Source: Candidatus Latescibacterota bacterium (GTDB lineage Bacteria > Latescibacterota > UBA2968 > UBA8231). From it: a stretch of 64,000 nt of DNA. The DNA is taken from the NCBI GenBank assembly GCA_965203175.1, contig OZ241867.1, forward strand, positions 5,728,001 through 5,792,000. Direction: 5' to 3'. The translations under genes and the position numbers were made by a program. Shown here one piece after another: positions 8,622 to 17,933 of the stretch. A model generated the notes under the pieces. That model was not told where the DNA came from. It saw only the letters and a list, made by a program, of their open reading frames with translations, and made no database searches. Position 1 is the stretch's first letter. Each line of letters starts with the position of its first letter.

Positions 8622-10313
8622 TACCCCGTGGTGGTGGGATAGCGAGCCGCCGTTGTCCAAGATCGTCTGCCGCAGCGCGTGCTCAATGTCGTGATAGACC
8701 TCAATGGGATGCTCCAATCCCCGCCCAGAAAATCCCATCGTAAAGTAGATGCACACCCCCGTGTGGTACGTCTGCGTCACCCGGTACGACAGGTAGGGCC
8801 GCCCGGCGACGCCGCGCGCGCTACACTGCGCGGTCAACTCCGCTTGTACGGCCTGCGTCACGTCGTGGATGCGACTCCAAGGCACAGAGGTCTCAAAGGT
8901 TTCGCCTAAAAAATCGAACTGGTTCAAAAAGTCGCGTATATAGGCGATCCCAAAGGTCGCCATGTAGCCGCGCCGGCCGTTGGTAGCGCCGGCGCTCTTG
9001 CCACCGTGGGCCTTGGCCAGCTTGAAGATCGTCCGCTTCTGGTGCGCGACCTCGGCATGGGTTCCCTCCATGGCGATCGTACACGCCGCCATTTTTAGCG
9101 GATCAAATCCCAACACCTTCAACAAGGCGAACTTCTGCACCTTTTCCTTGAGGTGTTTCAAGGGAGAGGGCGCAGCCTTGAGGGCCTGGCCGAAGCGAAA
9201 TTCTTGGTTGTTGACCAAGCGGATACTCGCCGGCAAGGTCCCGGTCTGGCGCAATGCCTGCAAGTACTCCACGCCTTGGGCGAAGGACTTGAACACCAAC
9301 GAGCCGTATTCGCGCACTTCTGGTAGGGGATGGATCTTGAGCACGGCCTTGGTGATGATGCCGAGGTTGCCCTCTGAGCCAAAAAGCAGCCCGCGCGGCT
9401 GGATGCCAGTCGAGTTGCGCGGCGTGGTGTGCAAGGTCTCCACCGCTCCGGTCGGCGTCACCAAGGTCGCTTCGAGGACGATATCTTCGATATTGCCGTA
9501 GCGGTTTTTCTTCATGCCGCTGGCATTGGTGGCGATCCAGCCGCCCAAGGTCGAAAGCTCAATGCTGTCGGGATCGTGGCCGACGGTGTAGCCCCGAGCG
9601 GCGAGTTCTCGCTCCAGCTCCTTGCCCGAAATCCCCGCTTCGATGCAAGCTTGGAGGTTGTCCTCGTCGAGATCGACAATTCGGTTCATGCGCCGCATAT
9701 CGACCGAGGCGAAAACGCGATCGTCGTCAGTGGGCAGGGCCAGCGCACCGCTGACGTTGGTGCCACCACCGTAGGGCACGAGGCAGACATTGTGCTCGGA
9801 AGCGAGGCGCACGATGGCGCGCACGTGATCTCCGCTTTCTGGATAAATCACCAGATCGATCACTCGCTCCAAGGCGTCGCCGTAGAGCAAGCGATAAACC
9901 TCATCGACGCTGAGCTGGCCGTGACTGTGGATCAGGCGCTCCTCGTCGTCGAGCGAAACCCGCTCTGCGCCGAGCTCGTCTTGCCAAGCGGCGACGAGGC
10001 TTGCGTCTGCCCGCGAGGGCGGTACCTCGTGGCTCTCTTTTTCGACGGCCATCTCGTCGGGGTCAATCGGAACCTGGAGCATTTCTTCGACAAAGGGGAT
10101 GAAATGCGGCATGGTGAAGCCGGCCAGCGGATAGCGGCTGCCGGTCACCCGCACGGTCTTCGGCCCATCGAACTCAAAGCGGGTGTCCGTGTAGCCCCAT
10201 TTGTGCGGATGGCGCTCTCCGTCGGAGAGATCGTAGCACGCATCGGCCGCGGCTTGGCGGACAATGGCCGCGGCAACGGCGAAGACGGCGACGGCGAGGA
10301 CGACTTCGAGCAT
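8472..10313 (-). CDS. FAD-linked oxidase, alkyl-dihydroxyacetonephosphate synthase (AGPS/ADAS)-like
   Basis: KWGYTDTRF...TGSRYPLAG, HSHG, PYGGGTNV, GHDPDSIELSTLGGWIATNASGMKKNRYGNIED, GSEGNLG, PASIRL, ETFETSVPW, VTQTY, GGSLSHHHGVGK; hydrophobic N-terminal anchor. Confidence 0.88.
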   Translation of the reverse strand: MLEVVLAVAVFAVAAAIVRQAAADACYDLSDGERHPHKWGYTDTRFEFDGPKTVRVTGSRYPLAGFTMPHFIPFVEEMLQVPIDPDEMAVEKESHEVPPSRADASLVAAWQDELGAERVSLDDEERLIHSHGQLSVDEVYRLLYGDALERVIDLVIYPESGDHVRAIVRLASEHNVCLVPYGGGTNVSGALALPTDDDRVFASVDMRRMNRIVDLDEDNLQACIEAGISGKELERELAARGYTVGHDPDSIELSTLGGWIATNASGMKKNRYGNIEDIVLEATLVTPTGAVETLHTTPRNSTGIQPRGLLFGSEGNLGIITKAVLKIHPLPEVREYGSLVFKSFAQGVEYLQALRQTGTLPASIRLVNNQEFRFGQALKAAPSPLKHLKEKVQKFALLKVLGFDPLKMAACTIAMEGTHAEVAHQKRTIFKLAKAHGGKSAGATNGRRGYMATFGIAYIRDFLNQFDFLGETFETSVPWSRIHDVTQAVQAELTAQCSARGVAGRPYLSYRVTQTYHTGVCIYFTMGFSGRGLEHPIEVYHDIEHALRQTILDNGGSLSHHHGVGKIRQSFVQHIQSDNSIEVLRKTKEALDPQNIFGIQNGIFGSACRKPEQ

Positions 10314-10352
10314 AGCTCAATCTCCTAGCACTAATTAAGTGATCAGTAGCTA

Positions 10353-11405
10353 CTACAGCCCCTCCTGCACGTCCTTTTTCCGCACCTTCCATATAAATGC
10401 GTCGTAGTAGTAGTGGATCAGGGCAAAGGAACTGAGCAGCGAATAGCTGAAGAGGTCGAAATTGGTGTTGAAGCCAACGAGGCCAAAGCCAAAGTCGCGC
10501 ACCAAGCCCTCGCTCAGCGCGTGAAAGACGACGGCATAGGCTGCGCACAGCAGGAGAAAGAACTTGACGCCCCCCTTGCCCGCCACGTAGCGCATGAGGG
10601 CCGAGTCGCCGCCCGTGCGCTCGACCTTGTGGCGGTTGTAGAAATACACCATGACGATGTACTGGATCCCGTGCATGATCCGGTGCGCCACCGCAAAGAC
10701 GAGCAGATAGGCCGTGGTAAAACTAGTGAAGTACCACAGAAAATAGCTCGACAATAGAAAGGCGTATTTGAGGGGATTGAGCGCGTAGCCGCGCCAGGCG
10801 CAATAGGCAATGTGTCCCACGTAAACCAGGCCGTAGGCAATGGCAATAGTCCACGAGACTAGGTGTACCGTCGTCACCGCTTCCGCGCTGATGGGCAGGT
10901 GCCACTCGTGCAACATGCGCACCCAGACCGTAGAAAAAAGCGGCGACACCACGAGCATGTTGCCAAAGAAGATCCAATTGAAGGCCAAGTCGAACTTGGC
11001 AGTCGCGGGCGTGCCGGCCTTGGCCTTGAAGTCGTACACGCGCGCAAAGCCGTATTGCTGCATCAAACTGTGCTGGTGATCCCACAAAGTCACGATCAAC
11101 ACCAAGCTCAACGGTGCCCACTGGATCAGGCCGTAGGCAAAGGCGACCAATACTATCGGCCCGAGAATGAACCGCTCCTTGAAGCGGGCGAATTCCGCCG
11201 GCGAGCCATAGACGCGCAACCAAGTGACGAAGTGGTGCGGAATGGTTACCCACAAGGCAATGGCCGCCAGCGCCGCCCCCGGCAGGTAGTGCCCCGACAC
11301 TAACGCAAAGCAGACCGCGGCAAAGGGCAGGCTTACAAACCAGATATAGTCCTGCCGGCGATCGACAATATAGGCAGGTTGCAGAACGATGGAATTACTC
11401 GCCAT
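10353..11405 (-). CDS. Polytopic membrane protein with conserved-looking His motifs, function unknown
   Basis: Many hydrophobic segments; PHHFVTW, WDHQHSLMQQYG, AHRIMHGIQY, LIHYYYDAFIW. Confidence 0.75.
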   Translation of the reverse strand: MASNSIVLQPAYIVDRRQDYIWFVSLPFAAVCFALVSGHYLPGAALAAIALWVTIPHHFVTWLRVYGSPAEFARFKERFILGPIVLVAFAYGLIQWAPLSLVLIVTLWDHQHSLMQQYGFARVYDFKAKAGTPATAKFDLAFNWIFFGNMLVVSPLFSTVWVRMLHEWHLPISAEAVTTVHLVSWTIAIAYGLVYVGHIAYCAWRGYALNPLKYAFLLSSYFLWYFTSFTTAYLLVFAVAHRIMHGIQYIVMVYFYNRHKVERTGGDSALMRYVAGKGGVKFFLLLCAAYAVVFHALSEGLVRDFGFGLVGFNTNFDLFSYSLLSSFALIHYYYDAFIWKVRKKDVQEGL

Positions 11406-12960
11406 GAGAAGTCAGGGCTAGTGCCACAGCGTCTGGGCTGAAGCGGATTTCGTTGGCGCGGCGCTGGCGCAGAGACGCAGCCAGCTCCTTGACCGCAGCT
11501 TGGAGCTGCGCCGTCGCCCAATCCGCCTCGACCCGCTCGCGGATCTCGTCCAGCGGCGGCAGTCGATCCGGGCGGCGGCGCAATACCTGTAAGACAATAT
11601 AACCATTATCCGTGGCAAAGGGACCGTGAAAAGTCCCTTCGTCGGCGCGCAGAGCGCGGCTGACCGGATTGTCGCCCTCTAGCGCGCCGCTGCCGTAAAT
11701 CACGCTGACGAAACGATCCGCTAGCTCGGTCGTATCGCGACCGGCGCGCATCCGCTCGACAATGGCGGTGCCCTCGGCCTCGTCGCGGGCGAGGAGCCGG
11801 CGCACCTCCACCTCGGCCGGCGCGGTGTAACGGAGCTTGTGCTCCTCGTAAAACAGGCTCAGGCCGTTGGGATTGGGCGGTGGCACCTGCGCTTGCAGCG
11901 CGTCCTGCAAGCGCCGCGCAAGCTGCACCTGCCGCAGTCGCTCCAACTCGCGTTGCAGGTCCGGGTCGGCGGCGAGTGCGAGCCGCGTGGTTTCGAGCGG
12001 GACCAACACGCGCCGCCCGACCTCGCGCCGCAGCACCTTCTCGCTCGCGCCTTGGCCCTTTAGCAGTTCGCGGGCCCGCGCGACCGTTAGCACCCCGCCG
12101 TCGTACTCGGCCACGACGGCCTCTGGCGAACGGTCCGCCGCTAGCCCATCCAGCTCGTAGCGCACATTATAGCGCGCGTGCAGGGTGTCGTAATAAGCCA
12201 AGAGCTGCCGCCCGAGCTTTTCCCGCATCACCAAGCGCTGAATGGTCTCTCGCTCCTGCTCGAAACTAACCGGGTGCATGTCCGTGAGCTTGATGAGAAA
12301 GTACCCATCGGCCACCTGCATCGGCTCGGAGATCTCCCCGATCTGCATGGAGAAGGCCCTTTCGGTCAGGGCGGCGTGCGAGGCCATGGTATCGCCCCAG
12401 CGGTGATAGCCCATGTCGGCCTGACGCTCTAGAATCCGCGAATCCTGCGAGTGCCGCATCGACAGTTCCTCAAAGTCCGCTCCTTCGGCGAGTGCGGCCA
12501 AAATCTCCGGCAGTTGCTCTTGGTCGCGCACCATCAGCAGGCTGAAGCGCACGCGGCGGTTGTACGGGCTGCGCTGGAAATAGGCTCGCAGTTCCTCCTC
12601 GGCGACCTCGGGTTGGACGATCCCGGTGCGCTCGTACAAAGCCTGCTGCACCAGCCGCGCCTGCGCCTGCGCCTGCCACTGCAAAAACTCCGCGCTCTCG
12701 CCCAATCCCCGCCGCTCGGCTTCCTGCACGAGCAGCGTTTGCTCGACGATGGCTTCCAACAGTTTCTCAGCCCCGTATTCCACCCGCAATTCCGGTGCCA
12801 CTCGCGCGATGTAGTGGCGATAGTCCGCCACCCGAATCGCCATTTGCCCCACCTCCACCAAAACGGCATCCTCGGTGGCCATGGCCGGGCCGTCCTCAGC
12901 GCAGCCGATTAGGCCGAGCAACGCCGAGCAAAGTGCCATTCCCATCCAACGCTTACTCAT
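11395..12960 (-). CDS. PpiC/SurA/PrsA-like foldase lipoprotein
   Basis: Lipobox LIGC; EAERRGL SurA-N-like helix; GADFEELSMRHSQD...DMGY...GEISEP...GYFLIK parvulin domain plus a second degenerate one. Confidence 0.85.
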   Translation of the reverse strand: MSKRWMGMALCSALLGLIGCAEDGPAMATEDAVLVEVGQMAIRVADYRHYIARVAPELRVEYGAEKLLEAIVEQTLLVQEAERRGLGESAEFLQWQAQAQARLVQQALYERTGIVQPEVAEEELRAYFQRSPYNRRVRFSLLMVRDQEQLPEILAALAEGADFEELSMRHSQDSRILERQADMGYHRWGDTMASHAALTERAFSMQIGEISEPMQVADGYFLIKLTDMHPVSFEQERETIQRLVMREKLGRQLLAYYDTLHARYNVRYELDGLAADRSPEAVVAEYDGGVLTVARARELLKGQGASEKVLRREVGRRVLVPLETTRLALAADPDLQRELERLRQVQLARRLQDALQAQVPPPNPNGLSLFYEEHKLRYTAPAEVEVRRLLARDEAEGTAIVERMRAGRDTTELADRFVSVIYGSGALEGDNPVSRALRADEGTFHGPFATDNGYIVLQVLRRRPDRLPPLDEIRERVEADWATAQLQAAVKELAASLRQRRANEIRFSPDAVALALTSHGE

Positions 12961-14323
12961 GCTGCTCGCTCTCTTTCATCTGCTGGATCGCCGCTAGCTC
13001 CCGCTTGCTCTCTTCTACCTTTCCCAACTTCAAGTACGCCACAGCTAACTTCTGCCGCGCGTCGAGCCAGTCCGGCCGGGCCGCCACCACAATGGTCAGC
13101 ATCTCGGCAGCCTTGGCGTAATCACCGACGCGCGCGTGCAGCAGTCCCAAAAAGTAATGTGTCTCCACATCTTCCGGCGCTAAGCGGCGCGCCTCTGCGA
13201 GGCTAGCTAGGGCCTCGTCAAAGCGCTGCAAGCGCATGTACGCCTGACCTAGATTGTAGTGGGCATTGGCGTATTCTGAGTCCAAGGCCAGCGCGGCTTG
13301 ATACTCGACGACGGCCTCGGCGAGTTGGCCCAAGCGCAGGTAGAGGTTGCCTAGGTTGTTGCGGTAGCGCAAGCTGTCCGGCGCGAGCCGCACGGCCAGC
13401 CGATATGCTTCGGCCGCTTCAGTCAAGCGCCCCTGTTCTGTATACAGCAGGCCCAGTTGCGCCCGCGCCTCGTGGTCGTCGGGCGCATTGCCCAACATCC
13501 GCAGTTGGTCGTCGATTTTGTCGAGCTGCTGGTCGAGCTCCCGAAACTGCGTCAGCACTTCGGTGCTCTCTTCGCGGCGGCCGAGCCGCTTGAGGGCATT
13601 AGCCAGCGCGAAGTACGCCTCTTTGGACAAGGAGTCGAGCGCAATGGCGCGGCGAGCAGCGCGTTCAGCCGCCGCGTACTCGCGCCGCTTGAGTTCCACC
13701 TGCGCCAGATCGACGTACGCGGCCGCGGCCGTGCTGTCCAGCTCGACCGCGCGCGTCAGAGTCGCCGCAGCCCGCTCAAAGTCGAGTTCCTTCAGGCGCG
13801 TCCGGCCCAAGAGCCGGTAGAAGGAAGCATTGGTCGAGTCGCGGTCCAGGCCCGCTTGCAGCAGCGTCTCCACCTCGCCGTACTCACCGCGCAAGAAGTA
13901 GATGTAGCCGAGGTCGTAGTAGGTCGTCAGATGGCTGGGATCTAACGAGAGCACCCGGCGGTGTTCGTCAATAGCTTGGGCATAGTTGAGCTGTTTGACG
14001 TACATGGCCGCGAGGTTGTGCCGCGCTGATACGTGCGTCGAATCCAGCGTCAATACGCGCTGATAGGCCGCCATCGCGCTGGGGTAATCGAGCTGGCGCA
14101 CGTAGGCATTGCCGAGGTTGTAGTGAATCTTAGCGGATTTAGGTGCGAGTGCGGCGGCCTGTTTATAGGCGTCAATAGCTTCCGTGTGGCGGCCTTCGGA
14201 GGCGAGCGCAGTGCCGCGCGTAAAGAGCACTTCGGCGTCCATGGCTGCGCCAGGACGCACTTTTTCCTGCGGACTTTCCTCCGCACAGGCGTACAATGCG
14301 AGACAGATCAGCAGCACCTTCAT
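12953..14323 (-). CDS. TPR-repeat lipoprotein
   Basis: Start re-set to MKVLLICLALYAC (ATGA overlap); repeated HYNLGNAY / NNLGNLY TPRs. Confidence 0.9.
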   Translation of the reverse strand: MKVLLICLALYACAEESPQEKVRPGAAMDAEVLFTRGTALASEGRHTEAIDAYKQAAALAPKSAKIHYNLGNAYVRQLDYPSAMAAYQRVLTLDSTHVSARHNLAAMYVKQLNYAQAIDEHRRVLSLDPSHLTTYYDLGYIYFLRGEYGEVETLLQAGLDRDSTNASFYRLLGRTRLKELDFERAAATLTRAVELDSTAAAAYVDLAQVELKRREYAAAERAARRAIALDSLSKEAYFALANALKRLGRREESTEVLTQFRELDQQLDKIDDQLRMLGNAPDDHEARAQLGLLYTEQGRLTEAAEAYRLAVRLAPDSLRYRNNLGNLYLRLGQLAEAVVEYQAALALDSEYANAHYNLGQAYMRLQRFDEALASLAEARRLAPEDVETHYFLGLLHARVGDYAKAAEMLTIVVAARPDWLDARQKLAVAYLKLGKVEESKRELAAIQQMKESEQHE

Positions 14324-15948
14324 TGCGCCGCTCCTTCGACGAGCAAATGCTCTTGGTTGATGCCTAAATCTGCGTATTCCTCGACCCGGCCGCTCGGCCA
14401 ATAGACGATTACACGCTCAATACTCGTGGCCGTTCCTAACCCAAAGTGCAGTTGCACGTCGCTCTGCGAGAGGTAGCTGGCCCCCGAGCGTACTTCGTCG
14501 GTTTGCACCCGTCCGTCACTTACTACTTCGACGCGGGTGCCGATGCCCGCGCGGTTGCTGTCGCGGCCCTCTAGCCGCAGCCGCACCCAGTGGCCACTCG
14601 CGCCGTCGTTGCGCATCAAGGTCGGCTGAGCGGCGACATTGGCCACTAGCATGTCGATATCCCCATCGTCGTCGTAGTCGCCAAAGGCCGCGCCGCGACT
14701 GACTCGTTTCAACGACAAGGCACCGCCGTCCTCTGCGTATTCCTCAAAACGGCCGTCGCCAATGTTGAGAAAGAGCTGATTGCGCTGCGGGAAGGTCGCG
14801 TTCTCGTATTGCTCGACATCGCTTTCCAAGTGGCCATTGGCGATAAAAAGATCGCGGTCGCCATCGTTGTCCACATCGAAAAAACGCGTACCCCACGCCA
14901 AGTAGGCAATGCTGCCCTTGCCCAACCCAGCCAAGAAGGTTTCATCGACAAAGGTGCCATCGCCGAGGTTTTTGTACAGTGTATTCGTCTCCCACTGAAA
15001 GTTGGTAACGAAGAGGTCGGGATCGCCGTCATTGTCATAGTCGCCCATGTCAACGCCCATGCCCGCTTCGACATCCCCGTCCTCGTTGTACGCAACTCCG
15101 GCCAGCAGCGCTTCGTCCGCAAAGTGGCCAGTGCCGTCGTTGAGATACAAGAAGTTCGAGGTCTTGTCGTTCGCTAGGTAGAGGTCGGGATCGCCGTCGA
15201 GATCCACATCGCCGAAGACCACCCCTAGCTCCTTGCCCTCGGCACTGCCCAACCCGGCTGCGGTCGTGATGTCGGCAAAGGTGCCATCGCCCCCGTTCCG
15301 ATATAGCACGTCGGTCACCCCGTCAAAGGCCTCCGGGCCGCAATAGAGCTGAAGCCCGCTGCCACCCTCGGCGCAGACGCGGTGATTGGTATAGGAGAAG
15401 TTGTGGTAATTGCCCACGTACAAATCGACGAAACCATCGCGATCAATGTCGGCAAACGCAGCACTCGCTCCCCAACCCTCGTCGCCGACTTGGGCCGCGA
15501 CTGTCACATCCGCAAAGGTGCCATCACCCTCGTTCCGATATAGCACATTCGCGCCGAAGTTGGTCACGTACAGATCGAGGTCGCCATCGTTGTCGTAGTC
15601 GCCGACCGCGCACCCCATGCCGTAACCCGTGTCGCCGACACCGGCGTGCGCCGTTACATCGGCAAAGGTGCCGTCGCCGCGATTGTGGTAGAGCGCGTTT
15701 TGCGGCGCGGGGTCGTAGTCGGTCCCAGGCACAGCGGCCCCGTTGATTAGGTAAATGTCGAGACGACCGTCCCCATCGTAGTCGAAAAGTCCCCCGCCGG
15801 GACCGACTGTTTCAATGACGAACTTCTGGCCGTTGGCCCCATTGACGTGGACAAAGCCAATACCCGCTTCTTGGGTGGCGTCGTGGAAGCGAGGGCTGGC
15901 GTAGAGGGGGACGGACAAGAGAAGCAGAAGCAGAAAGAAATTGAGCAT
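14320..15948 (-). CDS. ASPIC/UnbV FG-GAP (CRTAC1-like) secreted protein
   Basis: Signal peptide; DYDNDGDLDLYVTN repeats; NFQWETNTLY; SGASYLSQS...HFGLG...WPSG. Confidence 0.92.
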   Translation of the reverse strand: MLNFFLLLLLLSVPLYASPRFHDATQEAGIGFVHVNGANGQKFVIETVGPGGGLFDYDGDGRLDIYLINGAAVPGTDYDPAPQNALYHNRGDGTFADVTAHAGVGDTGYGMGCAVGDYDNDGDLDLYVTNFGANVLYRNEGDGTFADVTVAAQVGDEGWGASAAFADIDRDGFVDLYVGNYHNFSYTNHRVCAEGGSGLQLYCGPEAFDGVTDVLYRNGGDGTFADITTAAGLGSAEGKELGVVFGDVDLDGDPDLYLANDKTSNFLYLNDGTGHFADEALLAGVAYNEDGDVEAGMGVDMGDYDNDGDPDLFVTNFQWETNTLYKNLGDGTFVDETFLAGLGKGSIAYLAWGTRFFDVDNDGDRDLFIANGHLESDVEQYENATFPQRNQLFLNIGDGRFEEYAEDGGALSLKRVSRGAAFGDYDDDGDIDMLVANVAAQPTLMRNDGASGHWVRLRLEGRDSNRAGIGTRVEVVSDGRVQTDEVRSGASYLSQSDVQLHFGLGTATSIERVIVYWPSGRVEEYADLGINQEHLLVEGAAQ

Positions 15949-16079
15949 TTTTTACGTAAAGATCGCATTCTATCTATGGGAAGTATCGATACATATCCTG
16001 ACGCGGCAACCATCGTACAAAAACTACCGCATCCTCGTTCAATAGCAAACCAAGCCTATGGTTGCAATCCGAAAGACCG

Positions 16080-17051
16080 TCAGTCGCCGCCAGCTAGGGC
16101 CTCGGCGATAAGCTGGTAAGCCCGCTGTCGGATATCGTCGGGAAAGTCGTGGCCGCAGTCGGGATGGACCACTTGGAGGGCCTCGCCGGCACCGTACAGA
16201 TCGTACACCGCTCGGGCTGTTTCGACCACTGAATCGACGCTGCGCCAGCGAAAATTGGAGTCGCCCAAAGGTGCAGAGATGAAGCAAGGACGCGGTGCTA
16301 ACGCGGCGATCATATCGTGGAAGTCGAAGGGAAGGTCCGCTAGGATGTAGTCCTTTAAGCGTGGCATGTAGCGATCGCTGGTCCAGCCCGTGATATCGCC
16401 GTCCATATAATCTTGGTAGGAATCGAGGCCGCAATTGGAGACGACAACGGCGATGCGCAGATCGAAAACCGCGGTGTAGATCGAATTGTGACCGCCCAGC
16501 GAGTGGCCGATGGAGGCGAAAGACGACCCCGCGACATAGGGCAGTTCAGCCAGTAGATCGAGGCCGCACATATTGTCCCATATCGCCTTCATAGTCCCCG
16601 ACTGGTAGCCAAGAGCACGCCAGTCGGGGCGATAGTCGGCTAGCAAGGGATAAGCCGGAGCGAGCGTGACAAAGCCAGCCTGAGCCAATTCGCTGGCATA
16701 CGCGCAGTTGGCACGATCTCCCAAACCGACGACCACCTTGTGGCCGATGCGGTCGTCTGTGGGATGGGGACAAAGCACGGCCGGGGCCGGAGCTTTTAGG
16801 GCGGCGTGGGGAATCAGCAAATAGGCAGGAACCCGACAATTCGGTTCAGAGACGTAGGTAATGAGACGGCGAGTATAAGAGCCGCAGTCCACTTCCTCGT
16901 CGATTTGGACATCGAGCGGCCCGCGCTTCTCCGGTCCGGGCAAAGGCCCCATGATCTGCTGCATGGCCTCCAAGAGAGCGGGACGTTGGGCTTCCCAAGC
17001 ATTCCGAGAGGAAGGCGGAGCGGCGAGGCGCAGGCTGGAAAAGGTGGACAT
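16080..17051 (-). CDS. Alpha/beta hydrolase (dienelactone hydrolase/acetylxylan esterase-like)
   Basis: GHSLGG nucleophile elbow; PFDFHDMIAALAPRP; CGHDFP catalytic His. Confidence 0.88.
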   Translation of the reverse strand: MSTFSSLRLAAPPSSRNAWEAQRPALLEAMQQIMGPLPGPEKRGPLDVQIDEEVDCGSYTRRLITYVSEPNCRVPAYLLIPHAALKAPAPAVLCPHPTDDRIGHKVVVGLGDRANCAYASELAQAGFVTLAPAYPLLADYRPDWRALGYQSGTMKAIWDNMCGLDLLAELPYVAGSSFASIGHSLGGHNSIYTAVFDLRIAVVVSNCGLDSYQDYMDGDITGWTSDRYMPRLKDYILADLPFDFHDMIAALAPRPCFISAPLGDSNFRWRSVDSVVETARAVYDLYGAGEALQVVHPDCGHDFPDDIRQRAYQLIAEALAGGD

Positions 17052-17059
17052 AAGCGGTC

Positions 17060-17803
17060 TTAATCAGATAGCCGGAAGGGTGGATACTGGTCGGTGACTA
17101 GGATAAAGGCGTAAGCGTCAACGCGCAGCCACCAGCGATCAACACCAACTACTAGATTGAACAAGTCTCGGGGATAGCGCCCAGTAAAGAGGATGGCAAA
17201 CCAAGCCACGATGATACAGAGAAGAGCTACAATGCTCAACGGGATCAGGATGATGTAGTGGGGGATGGCCAAAAACCACTTGATTAGGGGCAACCAGCGG
17301 TTGAGATCTTGCTGGGCATCTGGGTAATCGATGTCCAAGTGAACAGCCTGTTCCTCGTCCGTGGAGGGGTATTCGTCGCGCAGTAGCGATGCGTAGGTCC
17401 AGACTCGGGTAGCGAAACGCAGGAATTCGAGATTAAAGTCGAACCACCAGCGGGGATACTTGCGGCGGAAGAGCAGCATAAGCAGGATCGGGATGAAGAG
17501 CAGGCCGAAGCCGTAATTCCACTCCCATTCGCCTTCTGCGTTTTGGACCCACCCGAAGAAGCTGACCCAATTGAAGAAGACATCGGAGACCCAGTTGAAG
17601 AGATTGTTGGGGAACCATTCGAAGAGGTACTCAAGGTAACCAAAGTAACCAAGGCTGTACATCATACTGGAGTCTATAAAGGCCAAGACGATCGCAATGG
17701 GAATGACGGTAAACAACCGGAAGAAGGTCGTGAGGCGATTGAGGGGCCGGTCGGGATAATCGACGTCAAAGCGGAGGGGATAGGAATCGGTGGGTGCGTT
17801 CAT
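17060..17803 (-). CDS. DUF4389-like membrane protein
   Basis: Start re-set to MNAPTDSYPLRFDVDYP. Two homologous halves (LNR..RKYPRWWFD..RDEYP / LNRWLP..GRYPRDLF..TDQYPPF). Confidence 0.8.
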   Translation of the reverse strand: MNAPTDSYPLRFDVDYPDRPLNRLTTFFRLFTVIPIAIVLAFIDSSMMYSLGYFGYLEYLFEWFPNNLFNWVSDVFFNWVSFFGWVQNAEGEWEWNYGFGLLFIPILLMLLFRRKYPRWWFDFNLEFLRFATRVWTYASLLRDEYPSTDEEQAVHLDIDYPDAQQDLNRWLPLIKWFLAIPHYIILIPLSIVALLCIIVAWFAILFTGRYPRDLFNLVVGVDRWWLRVDAYAFILVTDQYPPFRLSD

Positions 17804-17933
17804 AGGGACGCTCCTGAAGAGGATTGGGAATGTATGGGAACATTGTAAAGTAGGTATCGACCATTCTTGAGCAATAGGTTGGGTTGCGGTCCAAAACAGC
17901 GTCGGAATGGGAAAATGTAGCGAAATTGAGCCT

